The notes under the pieces were generated by a model that was not told the origin of the DNA, made no database searches, and saw only the letters and a program-made list of their open reading frames with translations. The translations under genes and the position numbers were made by a program. A stretch of 62,706 nucleotides of DNA, counting the filler, from Collodictyon triciliatum (Eukaryota), in assembly GCA_043381765.1 (NCBI GenBank). It is 5 parts of 5 records of this genome, joined end to end, with 100 filler letters (N's around TTAATTAATTAA, not from the genome) between each part and the next. Parts side by side here need not be neighbours in the genome. Positions count along the whole stretch, not along the records: positions 8,127 to 19,408 come from JBHJMP010000941.1; positions 19,509 to 30,620 come from JBHJMP010000942.1; 3 more parts are not named here. One strand, written 5' to 3'. Shown piece by piece: positions 12,637-27,770 of the stretch (position 1 is the stretch's first letter; each line of letters opens with the position of its first letter).

Positions 12637-15600
12637 TATCAGGAGCGCTTCAATCGCCCGTCCCATCAAAGGCCTTCTTTTACATCCGAGACCCGTCCAT
12701 CGCGCAGAAACCCTCATATATTTCATCGGTTGCAAAGGAAAGCCCATCGACCCAAAAGGCACTCGAAGCCTTGAAATCCACCATTCGCAAGCAGTTCAGC
12801 TCTCGCTTGTATGATGGCTATCCATGCGACTGGGTGGGACCAAAAGACGGCAAACCTGGAATGGCCACCAACCTGAGCGAGTTTGCTTCGAAGGTGCGCA
12901 AAGACTTGCTCTCCGAACTGAACCGAATGTACCCAAAGGCTGAAGCTGCAGACGCCCGAACAATGGTGTACGAAGATGGAATTCACTACAACGTCATCGA
13001 CAGTCTCAGCAACCAGTTCTGTGGGAGGTCATCGCTCGTCCAGAAAGTCTGCCGCATCTCCCAGGGAATCGATTCCGACCTAAAGTATGGAATCCTTAGC
13101 CTTGTTGGCGCACCCGGGTCAGGAAAGTCTGCGCTGGTCTCTACAATTACCCTGCAGCTGATGGGCAAGCCTGGCTCCTTGGCAGTCATCCCGCATATCA
13201 TAGGCGCCTCACAGCAGTCGCGCCTCTTGCCCATGATTCTGGCCCGCATCAACGACCATGTTTGCCGTGAATTGGCCATCAACACAAAGACCGGGCTTGA
13301 TAATCAGGAGCTGAGACGCGAGTTCCGCAGCAACTTGGAGCTTCTCGCCGGAAGAAAGAGAGTATGCCTGATTCTTGATGGTGTGCAGGACTTGAGCGAT
13401 TTTGACCATGCGCACGCGATGGATTGGCTCCCATACAACCTTGCGAACGTGACGATTATCACGACAACTTCTTTCAGCAATCCTGCCTATGACAACATAA
13501 AGAAGATGGTGGAAATGAAGAAGGCCATGTTTGATGAGATTGTCATCCCAGATCTGGACCGCGAAGATAGGAAATCTGTCCTGCGTAGCTACCTCATCAA
13601 ATTCGGAAAGAAGCTGGACGAGTCATCCTACAATAACCAGCTCGAGATGATTCTGCGAAAGAAGGAGTCCTCACAGCCTCTTTATCTGGACTTTGTAGCA
13701 GAAGAGGTGAGGACCTTCGGAGTTTTCCAGAAGCTGAACGACCATATTCAGATGTTGCCAGAGAATCTTTTAGGCATCATCGAAACGTCCTTGCGGCGAT
13801 TGGAGGCGAATCTAGGCCATGATGTGATTAGGGTCTCCATGTCTGTTATCGCTTGTGGGCGAGGATACGTGACTGACATGCAGCTGCGCACCGTCCTGAA
13901 TGACTCTGGCATTCGCCTCAGCAACATGGCATGGTTCAAGCTCCTCTCTTCGATAGAGACATTCATCCGCACAACAGCGTCCTCCGGACAAGGAGCTGTC
14001 CTTGAAATCAGGAACGAAAGCATCGTAAAGGCCATTGAGACGCGGTATCTGGCAGCCGAATCCACACTGCATTCCATCCACCGTCAACTGGCGTCCAACT
14101 ATTGGAAGCTGGTCGATCCCGATGCCCATGAGATCTACACATGGAGGCAAGGAGCTCATATCGACATCTCCAAGTTACACGACATACGCATCGCGCACCA
14201 AGAGGTTGCAGTCCACTATATCGGCGCGTCATCTATCCTAGACATCCGCAAAACACTCCTGAACTTGCGCTTCTTGGAGAACCGGTTTGTTTTGCAGCAA
14301 GGTGGTCAGGTCCTGCAAGACTTTAAAAAGCTTTTCGACAGCAACATCTTCAAAAGAAGCAAAGACGTGGATTTCAAAGACGCATCTCGTGCTTTCTTCA
14401 ACTTTATCTGGGCGAACATGTCAATCTTCACAAAGGCGCCGCAGTACATGGCACAACAGGCACTTAACTACCTGCATGGCTCTCCATTGGCTTCCGCCGC
14501 TCAAGAATACATGGCGACTCGCTACCGTTCTTTGCTGCCTCCATTCCTTTTCCACCGAGTCAACATCCCGACCGGCTCAGGCCCTTGCAAGACTACTCTG
14601 TCGGAGCTGTCATCAGAACCCACTAAAGTCGCATTCTCTCCCACGTCCGAGACCATCGGATGCGGATTCTTTGATGGAACGGTGGCCGTCTTTAGTAACC
14701 AAGGGGTGATGAAAGGAACAGCCAAACTCTCTGGGTACGACGTGACGGCGCTGGTCTTTTCTCCCGACGGTGAACGCATGGTTGCTGGGTACTCGGACGG
14801 ACAAATCTTTGCCTGGACATCTGAGCACATGACACTGATAAGCTCGTTTGCTGCGCACCAGAGAGACGTAAGCGGCATCAGCTATTCAAGCACCGGTAAA
14901 TCGATGCTTTCCTGCGGCTGGGACTGCAAAGTGAAGGTGTACAGCGCATCCACATTGACCGTCACTCAGACGCTGTCGGGCCACACAAAGCCCATCAACG
15001 CCGTCGCATTTTCTCCTAGCGAAAAGTACATCATCAGCGCCGGCTGGGACGGCGTGCGTCTGTGGGTCGCAGAGACTGGCGCACAAATCATGGATGCCTT
15101 CGCCGTGGGCCAAACGTCTGTCCGCTCCGTCTGCATATCTCCAGACGACAAGAGAGTGGCCTTCGCCACGTTTTCTGGCACAATATCGATTTGGGACCTT
15201 CATCATAAGGCACAGGTTGCCAACATCCAAGGCCACCACGCATCCATCAACTCGCTGCAGTTCACCCCGAGTGGGCACCAGCTGCTGTCAGCTGCCGAGG
15301 ACGGTATGGTCAAGATATGGAACTCGAGTGTCGGCCGCGAAATCATCCGCCGCAACAGCGCAGCTGAGTGGGTGAACGTCCTTGCTGCGGACCCGACTGG
15401 GCGCCACGTTGCCTGCGGCCACTCTGACTCCTCCATCAGCATATGGGACTTGTCTACAAACACCTTGCTGCACACTCTAAAAGAGCACTCATATGCTGTC
15501 AGATGTCTGGCATACTCGACCAGCGGGATTCTCGTCAGCGGCTCGGATGATTGTAACGTTATCGTATGGAGCAAAGACCCGAGCGCCGGGCCAAAGTACG

Positions 15601-17432
15601 TCCTGGAAGGTCACACTGGGGCAGTGAATCATGCAGCGGTTTCGGCAAACGGACTCTACATCGCATCGGCATCGTCCGATCAGACCATCCGGGTTTGGTC
15701 AATGAAGAGCGGGGCATTTATGTACGAGCTCCGCGGCCACTTTAGCTTTGTCTACTGCTGCGACTTCCACCCAACAGAGCCGAAGCTTGTGAGTGTCGGG
15801 CGTGATTGTCAGATGCTTGTTTGGAATCTGAAAACGAAGGAGGTGCAAAGCTCTGTGGTGGCCAGCTCGGACTGGGTGACTCGTTGCTGCTATTCGCCTG
15901 ACGGCACGCAGATTCTGACAACAGGGTGGGACTTTAACATCCACCTTTGGGACGTGGATGACCTGGTTGCACCAAAGAGCTCGTGGAAAGGCCACACTAA
16001 TGCCGTCACCTGCGCACAATTTTCAGAGAACGGAGACCGTATTCTTTCGTGCAGCTTCGACGGGACTATCCGGCTGTGGGACAGAGCTAACGGCATTGAG
16101 ATGACGTGCATGAAAGGACATCGCAAGGGTGTAAACACCTGCGGCTTTGCAAAAGGGGACAGCTTTGTGATGTCCGGGTCGGACGACGGGTGTTTGGTGC
16201 TGTGGGATGTGGTGACGTCCTCTGAGCTGCGCACATTGACTGGCCACTCTGAGGGAATCTCATCGGCCTCACTTGCCAATCGAGAAGGCCAGCTCGTTTC
16301 TGCCTCAAAGGACGGGACCGTGCGAATCTGGTCGGACCAGGAGTCGATGGCTGCAGAGGCAGACATGATTAGCAAGCAGCCCGCTTTCACACTGACCGAC
16401 GCTACATCCAGTGTTGCAATTTCAGCATGCGGTAGATATGTCGCCTATGCCTCGATCCGCAATGAGCTCTGGCTGTCTGTGCAGCCGTTCCAGTCGTCAT
16501 CGTATAGAAACATCAAGCTCATCAGCCCTGTGAAGGAAATTCGAACCCTGTTCTTCACAGCCAACAGCACGGCTCTGGTGGTTGGGGGCAGCGACCCGAG
16601 GCTCTACGTATGGGACATCTCCAACGTGGTAGAGCACGAGCACTTTAATGGAAAGGCCCTCCCAATCCTCGACAACGACGGCGAGGGACACGTGGATTCA
16701 CCCTCTGACTCGGCATCCTCATTGGTAGACTCTACCGGAAGCGGCGACAATCGTGTCCATAAGAAGCTCATCTCGTGCTCTGCAGTCTCGCCGACTAACA
16801 ACAATCTGGTGGCAACGGGCTCGTGGGATGGTTCTGTTGTAGTCCTTGATTTTGGCAGCTTTGAGGAGTATGGCGCAGCCCGTTTGGTCCACCGACGCAT
16901 TTTCCCAGACAATGACTGGGTTACACACCTGACTTTCGGGCCAGATGGGTCCAAGTTGTGGGGGGCGACCTGCAAGAGTGGGGTTTTCTGCATCGATTTC
17001 ACACCCGGCCTCCACTACTCGGTGCAGACCTTCTATGTCCCGCCTGGGAAAATCCCAACAGCCCTCGGCGCCGTTGCTGGGGATGGCTTCATGTGCACGC
17101 TTTCGGATGGGTCCGTGGTCACAAACACATTCATCACGGAGCCGGGCTACTACAACGAAATCCCGCGTGCAGTTGTGGCACTCCCGAGTAGTCCTGCCCG
17201 CCAAGCCTCTGGCTACTTGTTTGTTGGGACAGGAAAAGCAGTCTCTGTGATAAACCCAGCTCCTCAGGCTAGTGCCGTGGTGCCTGGGCTCGAGGGCATC
17301 AGTTGGGCTCCTCTGTCATGCTTCTTTGCTGATGCTGCAGTCACCGCCGCTGCCGTCAACGGACATTCCCAATGTATCTTTGGCGATGCCCTCGGCAACA
17401 TCTATGTCGTTTCCACAGAAGAGCTGCTTTGA
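7856..17432 (+). CDS. TEP1: Telomerase-associated/vault protein TEP1 homologue (TROVE + vWA-like + DUF4062 + NACHT NTPase + many WD40 repeats)
   Basis: TROVE motifs: EFLLKVALYVRDDLNIRS, KFYE|FDTYQLAKYN, KLPVPETWE, WEELMDHNK|LPFMAMLRNLRNL. DUF4062 motifs: VRVFISSTFHDMHGERDIL, FFIGILGSRYG, SITELEM. Walker A GAPGSGKS and Walker B CLILDG are followed by a long GH...WD array. About 14 introns, and the last exon spans 12643-17432. Confidence 0.93.
8846..8971 (+). other. GC-AG intron in the TEP1 TROVE region
   Basis: GAG|GCAAGA...CCCCATAG|TTC. Removing it restores KFYE-FDTYQLAKYN, which matches the TEP1 KFxxFDEYQLAKYN motif. Confidence 0.8.
12566..12636. repeat. (CAT/CAC)n microsatellite in a TEP1 intron
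   Basis: Directly visible. Confidence 0.9.
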
Positions 17433-19508
17433 GGACACTCGGCTGGCGGGCGCGTGTGAGATGGTGGAGCCATTCGGGACGTCCATGAACCTATGCCCTC
17501 TTTATATTTTCTCTCTTTTTTCTCTCCCGAGGCGCGGCATCTCCCAACAATAAAACCAATCGAAGACGATGCACACACAAGGGGTTGCATGATGTGAATC
17601 GTTGGGTTAGAACAACATCCGGATTATGTAGCGCGCTCAAATATTCCAAAAGTGCTATTGCGTTTGGGGTTATCCCCACATATCTAATTGACTTTGCATC
17701 ATTCCTGCCTAATCAAGTGAGCAAGTGCATCGCTGGAAACCTAGATAAGCGCTTAATTTTCTCTCCCTGGCGGTCGGTCTTTATTGCCATCCATCATCAT
17801 TTATTTTTTTTAGCGAATCCGGAAAGCTAGTAATCGAGTGCGCTCCAGCATCGAACAAACATAAATGTTCACGTTCTGTAAAGATGAAACGGTATCGGCC
17901 ATACTTAAAGGGATGATATATTTTTATATTATTCTTATCTTATTCTTATTATTACTATTATTATTTTATTATTATTACTTGCAGATTTTTTTGTTCGATT
18001 GGTTGTTTTTCCAATCTGTTTTCATATTTGNNNNNNNNNNNNNNNNNNNNNNNNNNNNNNNNNNNNNNNNNNNNNNNNNNNNNNNNNNNNNNNNNNNNNN
18101 NNNNNNNNNNNNNNNNNNNNNNNNNNNNNNNNNNNNNNNNNNNNNNNNNNNNNNNNNNNNNNNNNNNNNNNNNNNNNNNNNNNNNNNNNNNNNNNNNNNN
18201 NNNNNNNNNNNNNNNNNNNNNNNNNNNNNNNNNNNNNNNNNNNNNNNNNNNNNNNNNNNNNNNNNNNNNNNNNNNNNNNNNNNNNNNNNNNNNNNNNNNN
18301 NNNNNNNNNNNNNNNNNNNNNNNNNNNNNNNNNNNNNNNNNNNNNNNNNNNNNNNNNNNNNNNNNNNNNNNNNNNNNNNNNNNNNNNNNNNNNNNNNNNN
18401 NNNNNNNNNNNNNNNNNNNNNNNNNNNNNNNNNNNNNNNNNNNNNNNNNNNNNNNNNNNNNNNNNNNNNNNNNNNNNNNNNNNNNNNNNNNNNNNNNNNN
18501 NNNNNNNNNNNNNNNNNNNNNNNNNNNNNNNNNNNNNNNNNNNNNNNNNNNNNNNNNNNNNNNNNNNNNNNNNNNNNNNNNNNNNNNNNNTATATCGCCT
18601 CGTGCTCTCACTTCCGACAGATTAGCTCTTTGTAAGAATGTGTTCACAATTACTTATTCAGCCAGTGCTCGAAATTATGAGACCTTTGTTCGATTGCAAT
18701 TAGATTAGAAGTCGAAAGACGTACCCTATCCCAGCTGAAAAAAAATGATATTCACAACCACCTCGTATTGTTTTCTTGTGCGACATACTGCACACTTGGT
18801 TTCAGTGTCATAATTATACAAGTCCAATTCCAGCATTTTTTTAATTGTACATATCCACCAAGAGATAATGGGCCGAATGTTGTTGCCAACTCCTTTAATT
18901 TTCAGAAAAAAAAAGTAACCTTATTGCTGCCCATCACTTGGGACTTCCCAAAAGTAACAAGAAAAAACGATGCGTTCTGGTGGTCACGTCAAACCCCAGC
19001 TGCAGCAGCGATGACGGAAATGTAAAACAAAAGGGTATCAAAGAAGCGTCTTGGAGCCGATTCATACTCTGATTTGGTAAAGTTGCTTGGTTATTCTGCA
19101 GTGTATGAGAAAGTCCTCTCACCCACAAAGCAAACATTTAAAAGAGAAAGAAAAAAAAAGAAAAGAAGCGAGACCCAAACGACACATCTAACTCATCTGA
19201 CACGCGCTCATTGTTCCCTTCTCTCCGCCACACTCCTGCACCGAATTTTCCTTGATTTTATACATATGTGGAAATAGCTACATTCTCTGAAAATATTCAA
19301 GAGGAATCGTTCTCGAATGAGTATATAGCACCAGCGCTGGAAAGAACAGCGGAAGCCCAACCTGCCAATCAAAACAAAAGCAAAAGCAAAAGCAAAAACA
19401 AAAGCAAANNNNNNNNNNNNNNNNNNNNNNNNNNNNNNNNNNNNNNNNNNNNTTAATTAATTAANNNNNNNNNNNNNNNNNNNNNNNNNNNNNNNNNNNN
19501 NNNNNNNN

Positions 19509-19660
19509 AAAACAAAACAAAAAATAAAAAATAAAAAACAAAAAATAAAAAATAAAAAACAAAAAATAAAAAATAAAAAATAAAAAACAAAAAATAAAAA
19601 ACAAAAAATAAAAAACAAAAAAGCAAAAACAAAAGCAAAAGCAAAAGCAAAAGCAAAAAA
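19509..19660. repeat. A-rich heptamer/hexamer repeat (AAAAAAY, AAAAGC)n next to a gap
   Basis: Directly visible. Confidence 0.85.
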
Positions 19661-20391
19661 CAAAATAAAACATAAAGGAAAAAAATGACACGCAAGCAAT
19701 GAAAAATAAAATAAAGAAAAAAAAAGTCCCCGCCTACGTGTTCATGCTTCAGGAGACCGGATGAAGGGGTGCGGGGTTGTGCAGCGAGGCAGAGGTGTTT
19801 CGGCGACCCCGATCGATCTGTTATTTTTTTCTTTTACCCCCTTTTTTCGATTCGAAGTACCGATCGAATGGTTATAATTGTTTTATTTTATTTTTACTTT
19901 GAGAGTGGTTGGTATCTGTGTGAATATTTGCCATGCTCTTGGCCTTTGATTATTATAATCTACTTGGAAGGTCTTCCCTTTGGTTGTGCCACCCCTGATG
20001 AAGAGGAGAGAGAAAGTCAAAATCAAAGTCAAAAAAAAAAAAAGAAAAGAAAAGGAGCGAATCTAAAGCTTCGCCATAGATGCCACTGATTGACTGTAAC
20101 TTAATTGGGCTGCTGCTTATGCTCTGATTGTTGCTGTTTTTTTCTTTATTTTTTCTTTTCTTTTCTTGTTGCTTTTGTTGTTGTTTTATCAGAGCCTATC
20201 ATCACAGTGTGCATTCGTAAGGCTGGGGTGTTTTATGCTGTAAACTAATGCGTACTTGGACGTGCAATTATATAGAATGTCATGCAGGAGCATAAATGTG
20301 TAGATCATATTCAAACTCATCCATTTCGCTAGTTTCTAATACTACAAAGACTCGAGGGCTTTCATAAGATACACCATCCTTGAGATAAATC

Positions 20392-23300
20392 ATGGATAAT
20401 TCGAAAGAACGAAAGGGCTCCGATGGCAGCGACAGAGAGGAAAATGCTACAAATGAAGGTTTCTGTGTCTTTTTTTCTTGTTTTACTCCTTTTTTCTTTA
20501 CCCCGTTTATTTCTTTTTCTTTTTCTTTTTCTTTTTCTTTTTCTTTTTCTTTTTCTCTATATTTTGAATCTTGCAAAAATGTATGTTTCATTCCCATGTG
20601 CATAGAGATAGCTTAATCAAAATGTATATCCTCATAGACACCCGGTCATATATATCAGTCTTCGAAGCAACGAGTCACGGGTCCTTCTTCTCGCCGTACG
20701 AAGACATGCCATTCATGTCCCCATTAAATGGTACGAACGCAGGGTTTTCGCCGAATGTCACAGAGGAACAGCCGTTTTATAATATGGAGCACGGACTATC
20801 CGAACAGACTGACACAACCCTCCGTACTTCCTGTGATGAACAAGAAAAAGGGCATTTAGTTGACCGAAGTAAGGAGCAAGGTGAAACTGAGGAGGAGTTC
20901 GCTCAGGGGAAACCCTCAGAAAATACAAAGGTTCAAAATTTTACATTATTTAGCATGTTCTAATTTATCATTTCATGGTGCAAGATTATTTTTTCGTGAG
21001 AATATCGTCATCGTGCAATACAACAAAAATTGTAATTGTCCTATATCCAGATTCACAATCGTAGATTATTTATCAGCTATTAATCACGTTTTAAACATTC
21101 TCATATCGTGCCCCAAATCCCTTTCGTTAAATACATTTTCTGCGATTTACACTGCAGAAAAGGTGTGATCTTTTGAAATTGATTTTTTTTATATAAATCT
21201 TCAGACAACAATATATTCTCATTGAAAATATATTCTTTATGATTTCATCCATACGAAGAGATGTTTTAAATCTCAGTTTAAGTAATTGGGTATAAAAAAC
21301 ATTTAGAAATCGCCCTACTGGCCTGGGCAAAAGAAAGCCCAAAAAAGCGTCGTCCAACTATCCAAAAGATGTAGTAGAATATTGCAATGTATGCCCACAG
21401 GATATGCTATTCAAGGTAATTGGCATTCTCCTTTTTTTTTTTCTGTTTTAACTTAATCCATATTCATTTCAATTATTCTTTCCTGGATGCCACTTTAAGG
21501 ATAACTTTTATTTTATTGGGTTCATTAACTACACCCACCTTTCTCCATTTTTCATGTGATTTTTCTTAAAAAAAATAATAATAAAATGATTAAGGATATG
21601 CCCACTGATATCGCCAGCAGTGCCGAGGCACAGAGGAACGCTCATTCGGACAGAAAATTTGCCAAAACAAGCGATTTTACGTAATTGAAAACATGCTTAA
21701 CTCTTCAAGCTCCATAGTGAATATAAAACCTTTATTAAATTTTGATCAAAGTTTCGTGCGTGGGGCATTTTATGGAGGTTTATTTAATACACGCTTTAGC
21801 TAAAAATAAAATAAAATAATTCTTTTGTTAAAGCAGACCCCAGCCCCTCGAAGTTGGCTTAGTAATTGTTTCACAAGAGATGAGCCCGATACTGGCAAAC
21901 GCAAACCGAAGTCGAGAGGTAACTCTGTCCACTCCATATCTCCTCCGTTTTTCAGTCACATGCCACCTCTTTGAATATATGTAAATCAAATCCTTTCGGA
22001 GAAATTGTAATATATAGATGACATGGCTATGAAAAACAATAATACATGAATAAAACCTTCTTTTTTAATTATGAAAACACTGCAGTCCCATTTCCGTTTT
22101 CCGTTCTGTCTTCGTATTGTTACCAATCCACCATACCTAGCTATCCAATTGGAGGGGGTTTCCATCACTGTTTTAAAGGAGGGGCGAGAAAGTAAGGGTT
22201 GCTAATCTCTTACATGTGCTTTTCTATATACATTTTTGTCCCATTTTCCAAAAAGCAAAATTTGTTTGCAAGGATATTTAGTCCATGGGTTTGAACAGTT
22301 CATCACTAAAGCTATTACTTTCAGTCAGTAACATTACCATAGCGAGATATAATTGGGATGGCGCTGATATAATCATCAACCATATCAAAATGGAGAGTGA
22401 CATAAGGACAGGAGAAGAATACCAACTACGGTTCTACGCTAAAATAAAAATTGACGTATTTTTCCTATCTGAATATAGTTTTTATTTTATTATTTTTTAG
22501 CCTACCATTTACAATATAAGACCCCATGTTTACTTATACATTTCTTTTTCTTTAAGGCGCCCCAGGGACCGACCACTTGCTTGCCCTCGTGCTTGAGCAA
22601 TAATATTCTTCTGTATTGCAACCCACAGCAAATTCCGCGCTCTATTTCTTCGTACTATAACAGGGCTTTTGTGCAAAATGTATATATTAATATCAAAGAA
22701 CATCGATCTTTCTTTTGGATACGATTTTCTATGAAGCCAGTATACGGTTAATCACTTGTGTGTTATTTTTTTTTTTTTGGACAAAAGCCTATCCCCATTC
22801 TTCGTTTAGAAAGCTCGCCTGTCTTCACTTTAATCGGATGCTTCTTGTATTGACGTGTAGTCAGCATGTGGTGCCACTGCTTTCCGGCGGGCTGTCGATG
22901 CCTTTCACAGAAAATATACACTTGAAAAATTCGAAAAGGAACGCGGCTTGACTGATCAAGAAGCAGAAAAAGTATGTCAGCTATTCAACGTTGATTACAG
23001 GTCGCTTGAAATGATGCAAAGTTTTTGGGGGTGGTTTCTTCAAGCAATCGAATCAATTAGAAAGGTAATATGCCCCACTCATTAAAGACTATTTTTTATT
23101 TTTTTTTTCTTCTTTGCTGTATTAATTCGTCGGATGAATATTTTTCTTTTTTGCGTCTTACTTTTTTACGGATAGAAATAAAAGATGAACTAGCTAGTTC
23201 AATAAATGACTAAGCTAATGGATTCTATTATAATTCATTTCAAAAATGACAGCAAATAATACACATGTAATACTAAGTATACCTATAGTGTATAGGCGCG

Positions 23301-23886
23301 TATTACTGTTCGGAAAGGATGTATGTATTCCTATATATAATTTAAACGCACATAAATTATATGCGTTGTACAAAGTCATGACAATATCTCTTGCTATCAA
23401 AGTGCACATGAATGGTTTCCCGCTAATTTTTTCTTTCTAGGCCAGCTTCAGGCGAGAACTTACCCGCAATGTCCAAGTATTTTATCAATTGTTTTGTGAG
23501 TAGGCATGAAGCCGAACATATTTTGAATGGATGTAAACCAGGCTCCCTTCTACTCCGGGTCAGGTATATTTCCGATTGACAACACTCAAGAACATTGATT
23601 TTAGGGTTTACTCTCATTCCTCGCAGCATCTAGCAGTGCTTCGAAATGACTAAAAACCACATTCAGTTCTTATACGAATCACAAAATCATTGTGGAATCT
23701 TGACAAAACCGTAGCGTCTCGGATGTGAGCAAGATAGTTATTTCATTTCGGGATACAGCATCGTATTACCACTTCCAGTCTGATCAATCTCTGATTGAGA
23801 ATGCACAGAGAGAGTCTCCTTATATATTGAGAAAACTGGCTGCGGCTCCGTTCTGCGCAAATTCAAGCTCAGAGAATCGTTTGTAA
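20392..23886 (+). CDS. STAT-like protein with linker and C-terminal SH2 domain (multi-exon; start uncertain)
   Basis: The exon at ~22861-23064 reads ERGLTDQEAEKVCQLF...MQSFWGWFLQAIESIR, resembling the STAT linker RxLt...FWxWF. The exons at 23441-23563 and 23714-23886 give CFVSRHEAEHILNGCKPGSLLLRVS|VSDVSKIVISFRDTASYYHF, an SH2 with the alphaA Arg and betaB5 Arg. TAA at 23884-23886. Confidence 0.72.
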
Positions 23887-24885
23887 AACTTAGATTTCAT
23901 GGCATCCTTGTCCTGCTTATCATCGCACATTCAGTTTTTCGGGGTTTCTATTTCACTAAGTTAAACTATTTTTTTTAAAACAAATCAATATATCGATTAC
24001 AACAGTTATCGAACACCTGGTACTTATCATGCCAGATGGCAGTGTCCCCCTGGTGGAAGTATTTCCGCCATTGAGAGGCTCTATTGAAAGTACCAACAGT
24101 AGGTACCACTGACTTGGCATCAAAACAGCCGATCATAATCAAAGAAACAGTGCTACTCGCATTTGCGCAAATTCTCAGTTCATGAAACTGGTATAAATAA
24201 AAAACACAACAAAGAATAAAGAATAAGAATCAGCCGGTATTTCTTTGGTCCTGGAATTACATATGCACCGTTTTTTTTTATTCCTAATGATTTTTTATTT
24301 ACATTTTTGAGCGAAGATATCCGCGTCTTTTTTAAGTCCTTCTGACTTGATTGTCACAATCTTTCGCCCCATGAATAGCAGCTCCCCAAGACGAATCACC
24401 CTTATCACGAAAGTTACATGCAAAGAAAGAGGGAAACTGAGTCATTCCTACGACATTGATGTAAAGTCACCACTACTAACGATTTTTTTTCTTGGCGGAA
24501 AAGCGTACAATTCACATGAATTGATGATTGTGTGGTTTTGGAAAGCGCGGCTGTGATAACCGTATACTATTCCATCACTTTTCAATGCGTACAGAGTAAA
24601 GCAATACAACACTTAGTATCATGGAATCACAGGACTTTTTGTAAGGTACAAAAAAAGAAAGTGTCATGAAAATAAATCTATAGAACTTCGACCGACAAAA
24701 AGGGCTGAAATGATTAAATGATGAGACTACAGCAATCTCCTGGACGTCGGTTCAGTAGTTGGTTCATGTTTATAGGGCGCAAATTAAGACCAGTAGTCCG
24801 TTCCTTGATGTGATGATGTGGTGAAAAGCAGCTATTGCCATCTGCTCCATTGGCGCAATCAGCTGCTGCTTCCTGGCCGAGTGTC

Positions 24886-26642
<1,757 letters not shown>

Positions 26643-27770
26643 TTCCTTGAACGTTTATCTTTCGTTATGTTTGTTTTTGTGTATTTTTTTTTTTTTTGCT
26701 CCTTTTTTCCTTTTTACTTTTTAGTGCTTCCTTTTCCTTTTCCTTTTATCCTTTTCCTTTTCTTTTACCATTTCTTTTTCTTTTCCTTTTTCCTTTTTCC
26801 TTTTTCCTTTTTCCTTTTTTTCTTCTCTCATTCCAATGCGAAGCACTATTACCACAGCTAGTTTATTCGCAAAAATTTTAAAAAGCACGTTCTGCACAAG
26901 CAACAATGCGATGCAAGTAGCCGCGACACTCTGGTTGATTATCACTCCAATGGCAGAAAACATTTGTCCGCAAGATTGGAGGAGTGGCATAAACCAAAAC
27001 CTGGACGTGGTGCGCCTTTGGCAAATTCGTCACAATTGCAAAACATCGAAACAAATTACACTTATGAATTTCAATAGCCACAACCGTCGCTCCACACATT
27101 ATGATTCATTTTTTCTGTTGTTGATCTTTTGGATAATTCATTGGGTGAATCGAAGCCTTTCCATCATTTCTTAAAAAAGAATCGTGAATGAAGTAGTACA
27201 TAGTTAGCAATTCCAGAATTAGTGTGATTTCTTGTGCTTTGATTTCGAGCAGCCCCCCGCTCATTTAGGCAGCCGAAGCTTTCGTCATTTGATTGTTCCT
27301 GCTCCTCTTTCGTTTTCCTATGTTTTTTTGGACATCTGGTCAACAAAAATCAATTAGGAAAACCAAAAATTTTTTTAGTGTTTTTCCCGCAACAAGCAGC
27401 ACATAATCGCACGAAGCCTTGGGACAAAGGCAGATCAGTAGAAGGGGCGCACCATCATCGATGACAGGACAATGGTATTGACAAAGCCCACAAGCTGAAA
27501 AAACGACTCTATCACCGGGCACAAACTATCCAGCCGAATCTGCGGTAAGGACGTTTGGCTTTTATTTTCTGTTACTGTAAATAAAAAAATCATAAAAGAA
27601 ATACACAAGCCAAGCAAGGTCGAAAGAAAATCTACCTTAGCTCCGTAAACCTTTTTATTTATCGGGAGGGTCATAGAATGCAGATCAGCAGCGAGACAGC
27701 ACATCAAGAGATAAAAATATTTTTATGATAGTGGGTATAAAAAAACAAACACAGTCATAAGCAGGTCTAC

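Noticed and set aside
17441-17525. GGCTGGC...T-run just after the TEP1 stop, superficially like a vault RNA
   Set aside because: There is no convincing Pol III box A/B or terminal stem, and the position fits a 3' UTR.
12986-17553. Numerous antisense and alternate-frame ORFs over the large TEP1 exon, and similarly over 55003-55713
   Set aside because: They are shadow ORFs of GC-rich coding sequence with no independent motifs.
17865-18708. ORFs spanning N gaps, and poly-K/F/I/N/L ORFs over microsatellites throughout the window
   Set aside because: These are artefacts of ambiguous bases or simple repeats.
23669-23713. In-frame TGA upstream of the last SH2 exon, suggesting stop-codon reassignment
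   Set aside because: An acceptor at CCGTAG|C (23713) places it in the intron. TGA, TAA and TAG behave as normal stops elsewhere, so there is no evidence for an alternative code.
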